This document shows, piece after piece, positions 21,627-32,765 of a DNA stretch of 47,151 bases (position 1 is its first letter; each line of letters opens with the position of its first letter). The notes beneath the pieces were generated by a model, which saw only the letters and a list, made by a program, of their open reading frames with translations, was not told the DNA's origin and made no database searches. A program made the position numbers and the translations under genes. Origin of the DNA: Fibrobacteria bacterium (lineage in GTDB: Bacteria > Fibrobacterota > Chitinivibrionia > Chitinivibrionales > FEN-1185); contig JBBIGR010000013.1 of NCBI GenBank assembly GCA_037447435.1, positions 1 through 47,151 of the forward strand. The letters are read 5' to 3'.

Positions 21627-24600
21627 CGATAATTCCGGTAAGCATCGTTTTCAGTTCTATTATGTTATATGCTGCGTTACTTTGTTTTTGTTCGTTGCTT
21701 TTGGCGGAATATGGATGCTTTCAAGAACTTGGTGGTTTCAGAATTACGCAAAAACTTCAGTTCAAAAAGCGTTTTCCTCAAACTTAAATGGAAAAATTTC
21801 ATGGCAATCCATCCATTTGGAAACATGGTCTGCATTTTCCATTTCCGGATTATCCATTGCAGATACTACCGGTAAGCCTGTCATTGCCATTGCCCGTATT
21901 TCAATACAAATAGCAATCCTCCCTCTGCTTAAGAAGCGAATTGTTCTGCCCCGGGTTTTTCTTAAGGGAATATCGGCAGAATACAATCAGCAAGTTCATC
22001 CAAATCTCCAAGATGTTTTTACTCCAAAAGCTAAGCCGGTAACAAAATCCTCCGCGGAAGCTTGGAGGTTTACAATCAGAGACTTGCGTGTAGATTCACT
22101 GCAAGCCTATTATCGCGATTCAATAGGAAGGACTTCAAGTATCGCCTGTGCTGCCATTACGGGCCGTCTTACCAGTGCATCCGAATTGCAATTAACCGTC
22201 AGCGGTCGATCATTGCGTATGAGAATACCAAGTCATGTTTTAAGCGTAGACACGCTCTCTTTTTCTATAAAAAGTAACGCCAGCAGATTTGTTTGTGAGG
22301 ATATCGTTTTAAAATCAGGTGGGCACATGGACATGGAAGGAGCTTTTGTATTCCCTTTCAGTAACCTCGACGGCATTCGTGCCCATTTCTCTATTGTTGC
22401 CGACAATACTTTTTTTTCCGCAATTAGTGCCCCCGCATGGGGAGTCGATCATTGTGACAGTTTGGTTTGCGTCGTCAATGCCCACGGTTTGCGCGCGCAT
22501 CCAAATATTGCTCTTGATATCGCGGTTTATAAACTACGGGCGAAAAAGATTTCGCTCAATAAAATCAGCTTGAAACTAAACCATGATTCTCTTGGGGTCG
22601 CGAATTGTCGCCTTGTTCTTGACGATCAAGCTCTTCATGGAGCTTTTACCGTTAAAACCCATATCGGAAATCTTTTATCAAAACCGGTTATTGATAATTA
22701 CAAGGTACGGGGAAATTTTATTGCACCCAGCATACCCAGGCTCAGGCGTATGATATTGAAAATTAATTCGCCGGATCTGCTTAAAAATGGCGTTGCCCGA
22801 TTTGCTATAACTGCATCGGGTCGTTCAGTGAGTAGGATGCCTGATTTACTCCATTGTACGCTCGGGCTAACGAATTTATCCTTTTCAAACGGTGCAACGA
22901 TTTCTTCTGCCGGCCTCAGGATGTACCTGGTCCGTGATTCGTTTATAATAAACGGAAATTGGCCAAAGGTTTTGTCCTTAAATGCGGCCGGATCTTTACT
23001 TCATGATAAAGGTTCCGGAAACGGGGCTTTGCAGATCATGGATCTGCGACCTTTAAGCATGGTGCTTTTAAACAAAGAAATTATAGGAAAAATGGATTGC
23101 AATTTTACGTTGAGCAAATTCCTTTCGAGCCCATCGGCCCGGGTAAAGCTGGAAGGATCGGGAGTATCGTGGGAAGGATTAGCCGTTAAGAATGTGAAGT
23201 CTGATTTTTCATACACAGGCAAAACAGGCATAATAATAAACGCAGCATCTGCGGATGTAAATGGACAGATTGAGAATGCCTTAAAAAGCAACGGAATATC
23301 CGGGATGCGAGGCTTTTTGACGGCTTCGATTACCGCCCGGGGTCCGGTTCTGTATCCGAATGCGGACATCCAAATAGGCATCGATTCCCTGGTTTCGGGA
23401 ATACCGGTTGCTCATTCGCTGAGAACGGCATTCTCTCTGCACGATAGCATAATCGAGCTGACCACGCTTACGTTGACCAATGGACCGGTTTTGATCGGCG
23501 GTAAAGGGTTTTTTGACCGCGCGCGGAAAGATATTTCAGCAGATTTGTCTATCGTCTCGGACAGCGGAAAATCCTCAGCCGGGACCATATCGATAAAAGC
23601 CCGGGCAATCAAAAACACAGTTGCAAATGGCGTTTGCGTCATGACCAATGTTCCGGTGCAGGCCGCCCGCGCTTGGGCCCCATCGATGTCGATTCCCTCT
23701 GGCATATTGTCTATGCAATTGTCAATGAACGGGAAACTTTCCGATCCCAGGGTAAGTGCGGCTGTCCGGCTGTCGAATATCGCTTATGTCAAAGCTTCGA
23801 AGCTGCCGGCATTACATGCCGACCTCGAACTGGAAAAACATCAAGCACTTGCGTTATGCACTCTCAGCGTTAACGATTCCTGCAGCCCCTTGCTTTTTGC
23901 TGGTCACGCCGCTCTGCTGCCGTCTTTTCAGTTGGATACTGCCTCTTCCCTGCCGGCTGAAATAAAAGTATCCGGACAAAACGTTTGTCTTCAATCGTAT
24001 GTCCAGGCTTTTTCAAAAAACATAACCGCGACCGGACGCTTAACCGCCGATGCCGCGGTAACATTGCGACATGGAGTATGGTACCCGGAAGGCTTTCTTT
24101 CCCTTGTTTTGGATAAGCTTGCATATCCCGGGCTGAATTTGAGTGCAGACACACTATCACTCCAGGTCAAGCCACGGGAAACTGCTTCCTCCTCGTCGAT
24201 GCAACCGATCGGCATTTTACTGACAACGGGGGGAGTGCGTTACGCCGGTATTTCATTGCCCAAAATGTTTATCAGGACCACCTTTGACAATGCCATATTG
24301 ATTATAGATACTTCCGATATTTTTTTTGAAAAAGGGAAACTAAAGGTTTCGGGAAGAATACCGCTGGCACCATCTTTGTCTTTTCTGGCTAACCGCGATT
24401 TTCGAATGGCGTTGAGCGTAGACAGCATCGCGGCAACCAATTTCAATCCTTTTATAAATGGTGTTCATTTTCTGTCGGGAACGGTCAACGGACGTCTGAA
24501 TATTTCTTCCGGGCATTTTGTGGCTGGAAATGAAAGTATCCTGAAGGCCGATGATATCGTGTTTGCCGTTGAGGATGTTGCGCCTGCAATAGGTCCTTTA

Positions 24601-25686
24601 CGGTTTGCGCTGAGAACCGATGGTGATGCGATATTAATAAATGGTAAGGGATCATGGGGTAATGGTACGATCGATCAGTCCGGGTACATCACCCTGGCAG
24701 GCAAATCGCTCGGTCCATCACAAATAACCCTTGTCTCAAGGAACCTTAAAATCAATTATCTGGATGACACGCAGGTCCGTATCGATTCTTTGGTTGCGGG
24801 TCTTTCCAATCCGCTTGGTCGATGGGGAATTGACGCATACGCGTTGCTCGGTGAATCGAAAGTCACCTATGAGGTGCCCTTAAATCAAAAGGTTGTGGCA
24901 CGGGTGAACCTTCCTTCGCAAAACAAACCGTTGCAGCTTAACATTAGATTAAATATTCCTAATTCGCTTTCGACTGATGTAAAGATTGGGAATGTATTAT
25001 CGGGATCGGCAAGTGAAATCAAAACCTTTATCGGGGGAACATTACTGTTAACGGGTAACAGCACTACGCCAAAATTCGCCGGCCAGATACGAATCGACAG
25101 CGGCACGGCAACGTATTTAAATCATGAATTCATCATACGGAAGGGATACGCAAGGTTGACAGGAGTGAATGAGATCGATCCGTTTATCGATATACTGGCG
25201 ACAACCAGCATGTCCGGGGAAGAGCCAAGTAACGACAGAGACAGCATTGTTATTACCTTGCATATTTCCGGGGAAATGAAAAAGCCGAATATTGAATTGA
25301 CTTCCAATAAGGGATTCAGTCAGCGTGAAATCATCACTCTTCTTGTATTCGGCTCCGCAGGCTCGGGCAATATAAACTCGACCTCACTAATCAGTAATTC
25401 CTTGTCAGGGATTATTTCGAAAGAAGCCGGAAAGACTTTGGGACTGGAGCAAGTCCAGATCAAAGGTAATCTTTTTGCCGAAGGAACATCGCAGGCTGAC
25501 GCCTCGGTTTCAGTAAGCAAGAAAATCAGCCCCAATGTCATAGTTACCTATAAAGGAGGTATATCCGATACTGTTTCTCGTCAAGGTGTTGTTTCCTGGA
25601 AATTGAATCCGTTTTTGTTTCTTGATTTTGAGTCTAATGACAAAGGGAATGCCGGCATCCATCTCAAATACAGGGTAACAAAGTGA
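21613..25686 (+). CDS. TamB/AsmA-like protein (C-terminal DUF490-like)
   Basis: N-terminal TM anchor, long beta-strand-rich body, C-terminal DPFIDI...LHISG..KPNIELTS...EIITLLVFG pattern. Directly upstream of an Omp85 gene. Start taken at ATG 21613. Confidence 0.78.
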   Translation: MKRTSDNSGKHRFQFYYVICCVTLFLFVAFGGIWMLSRTWWFQNYAKTSVQKAFSSNLNGKISWQSIHLETWSAFSISGLSIADTTGKPVIAIARISIQIAILPLLKKRIVLPRVFLKGISAEYNQQVHPNLQDVFTPKAKPVTKSSAEAWRFTIRDLRVDSLQAYYRDSIGRTSSIACAAITGRLTSASELQLTVSGRSLRMRIPSHVLSVDTLSFSIKSNASRFVCEDIVLKSGGHMDMEGAFVFPFSNLDGIRAHFSIVADNTFFSAISAPAWGVDHCDSLVCVVNAHGLRAHPNIALDIAVYKLRAKKISLNKISLKLNHDSLGVANCRLVLDDQALHGAFTVKTHIGNLLSKPVIDNYKVRGNFIAPSIPRLRRMILKINSPDLLKNGVARFAITASGRSVSRMPDLLHCTLGLTNLSFSNGATISSAGLRMYLVRDSFIINGNWPKVLSLNAAGSLLHDKGSGNGALQIMDLRPLSMVLLNKEIIGKMDCNFTLSKFLSSPSARVKLEGSGVSWEGLAVKNVKSDFSYTGKTGIIINAASADVNGQIENALKSNGISGMRGFLTASITARGPVLYPNADIQIGIDSLVSGIPVAHSLRTAFSLHDSIIELTTLTLTNGPVLIGGKGFFDRARKDISADLSIVSDSGKSSAGTISIKARAIKNTVANGVCVMTNVPVQAARAWAPSMSIPSGILSMQLSMNGKLSDPRVSAAVRLSNIAYVKASKLPALHADLELEKHQALALCTLSVNDSCSPLLFAGHAALLPSFQLDTASSLPAEIKVSGQNVCLQSYVQAFSKNITATGRLTADAAVTLRHGVWYPEGFLSLVLDKLAYPGLNLSADTLSLQVKPRETASSSSMQPIGILLTTGGVRYAGISLPKMFIRTTFDNAILIIDTSDIFFEKGKLKVSGRIPLAPSLSFLANRDFRMALSVDSIAATNFNPFINGVHFLSGTVNGRLNISSGHFVAGNESILKADDIVFAVEDVAPAIGPLRFALRTDGDAILINGKGSWGNGTIDQSGYITLAGKSLGPSQITLVSRNLKINYLDDTQVRIDSLVAGLSNPLGRWGIDAYALLGESKVTYEVPLNQKVVARVNLPSQNKPLQLNIRLNIPNSLSTDVKIGNVLSGSASEIKTFIGGTLLLTGNSTTPKFAGQIRIDSGTATYLNHEFIIRKGYARLTGVNEIDPFIDILATTSMSGEEPSNDRDSIVITLHISGEMKKPNIELTSNKGFSQREIITLLVFGSAGSGNINSTSLISNSLSGIISKEAGKTLGLEQVQIKGNLFAEGTSQADASVSVSKKISPNVIVTYKGGISDTVSRQGVVSWKLNPFLFLDFESNDKGNAGIHLKYRVTK

Positions 25687-27617
25687 TGAAAGCCTTTTGT
25701 CATAGATGCCGTTCCACGAGTCTACAAAATGTGGCAGTCCGTCGTATTTGCTTTACGCTGTTTTTGATCGCATTTCCCGGGCATTCTCAAGCCGCGAAAC
25801 ATGTACAAGATTCAATAGCGACCTCTACAATACAAACGCGAGTCGGCAGGCTGATAATAAAGGGTAATAAATCATTTTCGAGCCTAACCTTAAAGGGGCT
25901 TGGATTGGCCCTTGATCCGAAAATCTATTCGCGCAAAAAACTTTTTTATAAGCCGGCATTTTCCTTTCCCCGACTTCGGCAAGATACGGCGCTGATTCGG
26001 CAATGGTATGAGAGCAACGGTTTCCTTAAAATCGCGATTCAAGCGGATACGATCACAAACTCGGCGCATGAGCATATTGTCAATGTACGCATACACATTA
26101 CGGAAGGTCCGCGCACTACCGTAACGGGCGTCATATTTTCGGGAATTCCGCCCGACAAAAAACTGGACCTCGGAAAGGATATGCTTGTGCAAAAGCAAGG
26201 CCCGTTGAAAATTGCGGATATCGACGCGGACATTAGGATGTTCATCGAGACGCTCGGCAACCGTGGTTATCTGGAAGCAACGGCCAATTATCATTGTACG
26301 TTTTCTTCTGATTCATTGGGCGCTCAGGTTGAGTATACTATCCATACCGGTCCTCATATACGGGTTGATTCGATTCAAATATCGGGACTTCATGGTGTCC
26401 GGGATCGAGTCGTACGGAGAGAATTGCGTTTTAAAGAAAAACATGTTTTAACCAATAAACAGTTGCGAAATACGATTAACAATCTGTATGGCACAAATTT
26501 ATTCGGTTTCGTTGTCGTAAGTTACGATTCACCGGCTTCTCCGGACTCTTTGAATGATTCATTACGAATTGTCCGGATAACTGTTTTGGAAACAAGTTTT
26601 CTTACTGTAGAAACAAGCATTGGATATCAAACGTACGAATCGATCTGCGGTCGCGCGGATGCATCTTACGACAATTTTGCCCAGCTTGGGATAAGAGGAT
26701 CCGCCTCCCTCTATGCAAATTATCTGCTTCAAGGGATAGATTTAGGCATCGTCTGGCCATGGATATTTGAGGTGCCGGTAACGTTCAATCAAACAGCTTC
26801 TTTTTATCATCGAAGAGAGGGCGGACCACAACCCGCGCTCTTTGAATTTCCCAATATTCTATGGGCAGGATATTTCACCGCGCTGCATTCCTGTCTGTCA
26901 TATCAACTCACCAGTCGTATAAAAACATCGATAACCCATACTCTTGAGACCAGGAGTATCGACTATATCTCAGCGTCTATCAATCCGGATTCGGTTGGTA
27001 ACCCATTTACCCACAGCATCGGGTTTTCGATAACTCAAGATTCGCGAAGCGATATGGTAGATCCTCATAAAGGAAATTTTTCAAATGCTTTAATTGAGGT
27101 TTCCGGCATAACCGGCACAAAAAGCAATCATTATGTACGGCTCGAAGGGGATGAGCGCGTTTACTTTCCATTGGGCGAATCTTTCATAATTGCATCGGCG
27201 CTGCGGGCCGGTATAGAACGACTTTACGGACAAAGCACCGTCGTACCTATTGATCAGAAATTTTACATCGGCGGTCCCGATGTCATGCGTGGATTCTATC
27301 CAAAAACTCTTGGATCCGATACGACAGGCGGGACATTTTATATGGCATGGAATGTAGGAGAGCTGCGTTTTCCTATTTACAAATGGTTCAGAGGTGTTGC
27401 TTTTTTCGATATGGGAAATTTATGGAATATTCAGGGAACGTCTTTTGGCGATTATCGTTCGGTTTTTAACAAGCCCGATTTTCGATATAATGCCGGAGCG
27501 GGTATCAGAATTCATTTGCCTATTTTTATTCTCAGCCTCGATGCCGGTTTTAAGCTTGATAAAAGGCCGGGTGAAGGTCTTTACGCAATCCAATTTAACC
27601 TGGGGAACTCTTTTTAG
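25683..27617 (+). CDS. BamA/TamA (Omp85) family outer-membrane protein with POTRA domains
   Basis: POTRA motifs (IKGNKSFS, ITEGPR, VVRREL), FYIGGPDVMRGF loop, ELRFPI, terminal FNLGNSF beta-signal. Start is GTG 25683 or ATG 25686. Confidence 0.9.
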   Translation: MMKAFCHRCRSTSLQNVAVRRICFTLFLIAFPGHSQAAKHVQDSIATSTIQTRVGRLIIKGNKSFSSLTLKGLGLALDPKIYSRKKLFYKPAFSFPRLRQDTALIRQWYESNGFLKIAIQADTITNSAHEHIVNVRIHITEGPRTTVTGVIFSGIPPDKKLDLGKDMLVQKQGPLKIADIDADIRMFIETLGNRGYLEATANYHCTFSSDSLGAQVEYTIHTGPHIRVDSIQISGLHGVRDRVVRRELRFKEKHVLTNKQLRNTINNLYGTNLFGFVVVSYDSPASPDSLNDSLRIVRITVLETSFLTVETSIGYQTYESICGRADASYDNFAQLGIRGSASLYANYLLQGIDLGIVWPWIFEVPVTFNQTASFYHRREGGPQPALFEFPNILWAGYFTALHSCLSYQLTSRIKTSITHTLETRSIDYISASINPDSVGNPFTHSIGFSITQDSRSDMVDPHKGNFSNALIEVSGITGTKSNHYVRLEGDERVYFPLGESFIIASALRAGIERLYGQSTVVPIDQKFYIGGPDVMRGFYPKTLGSDTTGGTFYMAWNVGELRFPIYKWFRGVAFFDMGNLWNIQGTSFGDYRSVFNKPDFRYNAGAGIRIHLPIFILSLDAGFKLDKRPGEGLYAIQFNLGNSF

Positions 27618-27653
27618 AACAAGCAAGGCTTTAGGATGACGACCAACACCCTC

Positions 27654-29831
27654 TTACCGATGCGGATTCGGCAGCACGGTTGCACACATGGCCTGGACTT
27701 TTTCCCATTTCCCTGGTCTCGGCACCATCAAGAGACAAAGTGATTTCCCTTCCATCTCATAGGTTGATCCGTTTCGAGCTTGTTGCGAGGGCATGCCTTG
27801 CGGATAGCGGGTGTCGAGGATAACGGCCCAGGTACTATTTGCAAATGCGGGCGGCAAATTGAACGACGCGGTCTGCTGGCTTGCATTGATCAGAATAAAA
27901 AGTGTATCGTCTCTGAGTTTGTTTCCATGGTAGTCCTCTTCGTCATTTGCTTCGCCATTGAGCAAGAGGCCGAAGGTGCCTGTTTTTGGATCATTCCAAT
28001 TTTCCTCGGTCATTTCATTGCCGTTGGAAAGCAGCCAGGAAATATCCTTCTTTTTGGGTAATATAGAGTCTTGACCGTTGAAAAAGGTTTTTCGCTGTAG
28101 CATAGGATGATCTTTTTTTATGCCCACCAGATACGTGCAGAAGGCCAGAAAATCTGTTTGTGTGTTATCCAAGTCCCAATTGATCCATGAGAGTTCATTA
28201 TCCTGACAATAGGTGTTGTTGTTGCCCTGCTTGGAAAATCCGAGTTCATCGCCTGCAAAGAGCATTGCCACGCCTTGTGATAAAAAGACGGTGCTCAACA
28301 AATTTCTCTTTTGTTTTTCACGGAACTTCAGGATTTCGGCATTATCGGTCTTTCCTTCGGCTCCGTTGTTAGAACTGTAGTTTTCCCTTTCTCCGTCCGT
28401 GTTGTCTTCCTTGTTTGCTTCGTTATGTTTGGTATCGTAAGACACGAGATCGTGCAGTGTGAATCCATCATGCGAGGTGACAAAATTTATGCTGGCATTG
28501 GGCTTTCTTCCGCCTTTTTCATACAAGTCGCTACTGCCTGTCAACCGGTACCCCATTGTTCCGGCCACGCCAGTATCTCCTCTCCAGAATCGCCGGACCG
28601 TGTCACGATAACTGCCATTCCATTCGGCCCATAAAACGGGAAAGTTTCCCACTTGATACCCGCCGGGTCCAAGGTCCCAGGGTTCGGCAATGAGTTTTGC
28701 TTGCGATATCAACGGATCCTGGTGGACCAGATCAAAAAATACGGACAATTTGTCGACATCGTAAAATTCACGGGCCAGCGTTGCAGCAAGGTCGAACCTG
28801 AATCCGTCAACGTGCATTTCGGTGATCCAATATCTCAGACTATCCATAACAAGCTGAAGGAAGCGTGGGTGCCCCATGTTCGGTGATATACCGCATCCGG
28901 TATAATCCATATAGAAGCGGGGATCATCCGAGACCAGTTTGTAATAACTGGGATTGTCGATTCCGCGAAACGAAAGTGTCGGACCAAGATGATTGCCTTC
29001 GGCAGTGTGGTTGTAAACTACATCGAGAATCACCTCGATGCCTTCCCGATGAAGAACTTTAACCATAGATTTGAATTCCTCGACCTGTTTTCCCGGCGAT
29101 TGCGCGCTCGCATAGGCGGCATGGGGAGAGAAGAACCCGATGGAATTGTATCCCCAATAATTCCTTAATCCCTTGTCAATAAGCACCCGGTCATGTATGA
29201 ATTGGTGCACGGGCATCAACTCGATTGCCGTGATGCCGAGGGACTGAAAGTATTCGATCATTTCGTGTGTAGCAATTCCAGCATAGGTTCCTCGGTACTC
29301 CTCCGGAATTTCCTTGTTTAAAGCGGTCAAGCCCTTCACATGCGCCTCGTAAATGATACTCTTGTTCCACGGGGTTCTGAGCGGTACATCGTTTCCCCAA
29401 CTGAATGCCGAGTCAATAACAACACTTTTAGGCATGAATGCGGAACTATCTCGCTCGTCAAAACTCAAATCTTCGTCCTTGTGTCCTATTGTGTAACCAA
29501 AAAGCGCGTCATTCCATTCTATGTCCCCGGAAATAGCTTTTGAATAGGGATCGATCAGCAATTTGTTGTGATTGAACCGAAGACCATTCTTAGGCTCGTA
29601 AGGACCATACACGCGGTACCCATAGAGAAGTCCGGGCCGGACATCGGGGAGATAACAATGGAAAACCTGATCGGTTTTTTCGGACAATGCAATTCTGGCG
29701 GTTTCTTTTCCGGACATGTTGAACAAACATAATTCGACTTTCTCAGCCTGTTCGGAAAAAAGTGCGAAGTTCACACCGGCACCGTCCCATGTTGCACCCA
29801 GCGGATAGGGTTGACCGGGCCAAATTTTCAT
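27654..29831 (-). CDS. glgX: Glycogen debranching enzyme (isoamylase)
   Basis: PYPLGATWDG, NYWGY, DVVYNHT, DGFRFDLA, IAEPWD, HDGFTL, QGNNNTYCQDN. Confidence 0.96.
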   Translation of the reverse strand: MKIWPGQPYPLGATWDGAGVNFALFSEQAEKVELCLFNMSGKETARIALSEKTDQVFHCYLPDVRPGLLYGYRVYGPYEPKNGLRFNHNKLLIDPYSKAISGDIEWNDALFGYTIGHKDEDLSFDERDSSAFMPKSVVIDSAFSWGNDVPLRTPWNKSIIYEAHVKGLTALNKEIPEEYRGTYAGIATHEMIEYFQSLGITAIELMPVHQFIHDRVLIDKGLRNYWGYNSIGFFSPHAAYASAQSPGKQVEEFKSMVKVLHREGIEVILDVVYNHTAEGNHLGPTLSFRGIDNPSYYKLVSDDPRFYMDYTGCGISPNMGHPRFLQLVMDSLRYWITEMHVDGFRFDLAATLAREFYDVDKLSVFFDLVHQDPLISQAKLIAEPWDLGPGGYQVGNFPVLWAEWNGSYRDTVRRFWRGDTGVAGTMGYRLTGSSDLYEKGGRKPNASINFVTSHDGFTLHDLVSYDTKHNEANKEDNTDGERENYSSNNGAEGKTDNAEILKFREKQKRNLLSTVFLSQGVAMLFAGDELGFSKQGNNNTYCQDNELSWINWDLDNTQTDFLAFCTYLVGIKKDHPMLQRKTFFNGQDSILPKKKDISWLLSNGNEMTEENWNDPKTGTFGLLLNGEANDEEDYHGNKLRDDTLFILINASQQTASFNLPPAFANSTWAVILDTRYPQGMPSQQARNGSTYEMEGKSLCLLMVPRPGKWEKVQAMCATVLPNPHR

Positions 29832-29927
29832 ATGCGATCCTTTCTATATCACGTCGATAGGTTCAGTTGAGGTACGCGTCTGGCGTAGATATTTTTTATT
29901 GAGCTGCTAATCTCTCATATCTAAGAG

Positions 29928-29943
29928 AGCAAAGACTTTGCCA
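29928..29943 (-). promoter_or_regulatory. sigma54 -24/-12 promoter candidate for glgX (between treY and glgX)
   Basis: Minus strand reads TGGCAAAGTCTTTGCT. Confidence 0.6.
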
Positions 29944-29959
29944 GAACTTTGAAATGCCT

Positions 29960-32764
29960 TCACGCTTCCAGAATGGCAAGCGGGAACGAGGAAAAAAGGT
30001 CGCCCACAAGCGTATTGCTTACGCCGGGAACTGTTTCGTTTGTCAATATGTTGCGCCAAGACGAGGGCATTGCCTCGGAAGGCATGGACATGGCCGTGTC
30101 TCGCCACAAATCCCTGCCCAGAGGAAGCCGTCCTTCGGGAACAAAACCTGTAAGAAATCTGGGCACAACAACCGCAATGCATGAGCCTGCGTATTTTTTG
30201 ACGAATCCCACGACCGAGTTTTTATGAGAACCTTTGAAACTCAAAGGAAGGTATTGTCCTTTTTCAAAAACGTCATGCTTCGTTTTCCGCAAGTTCAGGG
30301 AACGGTGATACAGATACATTTTAACGTGCCCGTTTGTCATGCTTGTGAGCAGATCCTTCACAAGTGCCTGTAAATCGCCACCTTCCCTGGCAACGATAGC
30401 GTCAAGGGCTATTTTACGGTTTGCAAAGTCGACTTGGCGTCGGTTGTCCGGGTCAACCAGGTTCAAGTCCCAAGTCTCTGCTCCTTGATAGCAATCCGGT
30501 ATTCCCGGGGTAGTAAGCTTAAGTGCGGTTTGCGAAAGGGAATTAAATATGCCGTACCACGCGATCTTCCGTTGAAACGGGATGAAATCGGCCAGGAATT
30601 TATTTGACGGATCGTTATCGAGGATCGCGGTGATGAATTCGGCGATGCCTCCTTCGTAATCGCTGTCGAATTTTATCCAGTTTGAATTTTCTTTCGCTTC
30701 CCGTACCGCTTTGAGCGCATATCCCCGTACCCTGCCGGGGTACGACGCCAACGCATTTTGATCGAAAGGAAATGATCCGACCAGCGTCTGGTACAGCATA
30801 TATTCGACATTTGCGTCGGGCACCGGTTTGTCATCGATGATCTTGACAAATCCGCGGTTCATCGAGCGCCATTTTCTGACCTGCTTGCTCCATTCCGTGG
30901 GAATTTCGGACAAAACGTTAATCCGTGCACGAGTGTCTGCGCCTTGTTTGGTATCGTGCGTCTCGGTCGAATTGAACGACGACGGCCAGTGTTCCTGGCG
31001 GAATTTGCAGAAATCATGGAACGACTCGTTTTTATCCCCAAAGCGTCCGGGATCGCCGCCTACTTCATTGAGGGAAATGAGGCGGTTATAATTGTAAAAA
31101 ACCGTATCTTCAAACCCCTTTGCCATCAGCGCACCGGAAAATTGCTGCAGTCGCATGATGAATCCGAGCCGGTCGGACGGCCTCTGATCATGCTCCGCGC
31201 TTTCGCCGGTTTGAATGAGGAATTTGTTAATGAAATGAAGTTCGTTGATAAGCGACGGGTTTTTCATCTGTGCTTTTGTGATCGCCTGCGTCAAGTATGC
31301 ACGGTCCCGTTCGGCAATATTGTCCGGATTGATGTAGGTGCGGTACACCGGAAAATACGCCAAAAGCTCGACAATGGCACGACGAAGCGCATACATGGTG
31401 ATGTCGCTGCCCATACGGTCTTTCCCCGCGATACGTTTTAGAAGTAAGGCACAATTGTCAATGTCTCCGGCCATATATTTTTCGATGATGACCCGTTTCT
31501 TTTCAACAACCAGATCGTCAAAAGAAAAAATCCTCTCCGTGAATTCGGCGTAGATCTTGTCAAAGGCTTGTTGACTGTCGCTACGAATGAAAAGAGTATT
31601 GACGGCGCTTAGAAATTCGTAGCCGGTCGTACCTTGCACAGGCCATTGTTCCGGGAGCGTTTCGTTGCGGCTTAAAATCTTCTCGCATACGATAAAGGTT
31701 TCCGGGAATCTCATTCGTATCCGTTTCAGATATTCGAGGGGATCGTAGAGTCCGTCGATGTGATCGATTCTCAGCCCCTGGACAATGCCTTTGTCCAGCA
31801 TGTCAAAAATCATTGTGTTGATACTATCGAATACTTCGGGTATTTCCACTCTAACTCCGATCAGATCGCTTATAGTGAAAAATCGCCTGTAATTGAGTTC
31901 TTCCGAAGCGACTTTCCAAAACGCAAGCCGGAAAAACTGGGATGCATGCAACTCGTCGAACCGCTCATACCCCTTTGGATTTTCCATTGATCCGTTGAAA
32001 CCGGCTATTGCCTCATCCATTGCTGTCCTTACGAGATTGCTTTCTATATAAAGATCCCTGAGTATTGTGCGCGCCATGGAAATTGTGGCATTCCGTTCTT
32101 CGGGGAGGATCTGTTTTGCGGGCTTTTGAAAAGACAATAGCGCGCCGATGAACTTTACTAGGATCGGATTATCCTCATGCAATTCCGCTTTGAGCTTGTC
32201 TGTGCAACCGCTGAATACCTCAGCATATGTCTCTGGCTGGACCGGAAAGCGCTTTCCATAACAACCGATAAAAAGGCCCTTTTCATCCATCTTCAGGGCA
32301 AGATCGCCTGCCTCGAGACTGCTGCCGTATGTCGTCCCCAGGAATGGTAAAAGAATTTTTCCCCGAAGATTTTCGTACGGATGGTCCCAGGTAACGTCGA
32401 AAAACTTTCCGTACACCGAGTCCTGGCCATTTTCCAAAACATCGGCAAGCATTTTGTTGGCAGGATCAAACGCCATGTGATTCGGAACGATATCCTGAAT
32501 CCATCCGATACCATTTTCCTGAAGTTGTTGGATGAGTTCCGAAAATTCCTCGGTTGAGCCCAACTCGGGATTCAGCGAATTGTCGTCGCAGATGTCGTAG
32601 CCGTGAGTGCTTCCCGGACGTGCCTTAAAAATTGGAGAAGCGTATACATGTGAGATTCCCAGGGAAGCGAGGTACTCCACGATTTCAGTGCAGGATTTGA
32701 ACGTGAAATTCGAATTGAACTGAATCCTATATGTAGACAAAGGCAAGCGTTTGGTTGTGTCCAT
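29960..32764 (-). CDS. treY: Malto-oligosyltrehalose synthase
   Basis: STYRIQF, GSTHGYD, DIVPNHM, NYRRFF, GLRIDHIDGL, EKIL, THDTK, LVDPDNRR. Start taken at ATG 32764. Confidence 0.95.
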   Translation of the reverse strand: MDTTKRLPLSTYRIQFNSNFTFKSCTEIVEYLASLGISHVYASPIFKARPGSTHGYDICDDNSLNPELGSTEEFSELIQQLQENGIGWIQDIVPNHMAFDPANKMLADVLENGQDSVYGKFFDVTWDHPYENLRGKILLPFLGTTYGSSLEAGDLALKMDEKGLFIGCYGKRFPVQPETYAEVFSGCTDKLKAELHEDNPILVKFIGALLSFQKPAKQILPEERNATISMARTILRDLYIESNLVRTAMDEAIAGFNGSMENPKGYERFDELHASQFFRLAFWKVASEELNYRRFFTISDLIGVRVEIPEVFDSINTMIFDMLDKGIVQGLRIDHIDGLYDPLEYLKRIRMRFPETFIVCEKILSRNETLPEQWPVQGTTGYEFLSAVNTLFIRSDSQQAFDKIYAEFTERIFSFDDLVVEKKRVIIEKYMAGDIDNCALLLKRIAGKDRMGSDITMYALRRAIVELLAYFPVYRTYINPDNIAERDRAYLTQAITKAQMKNPSLINELHFINKFLIQTGESAEHDQRPSDRLGFIMRLQQFSGALMAKGFEDTVFYNYNRLISLNEVGGDPGRFGDKNESFHDFCKFRQEHWPSSFNSTETHDTKQGADTRARINVLSEIPTEWSKQVRKWRSMNRGFVKIIDDKPVPDANVEYMLYQTLVGSFPFDQNALASYPGRVRGYALKAVREAKENSNWIKFDSDYEGGIAEFITAILDNDPSNKFLADFIPFQRKIAWYGIFNSLSQTALKLTTPGIPDCYQGAETWDLNLVDPDNRRQVDFANRKIALDAIVAREGGDLQALVKDLLTSMTNGHVKMYLYHRSLNLRKTKHDVFEKGQYLPLSFKGSHKNSVVGFVKKYAGSCIAVVVPRFLTGFVPEGRLPLGRDLWRDTAMSMPSEAMPSSWRNILTNETVPGVSNTLVGDLFSSFPLAILEA

Positions 32765-32765
32765 A

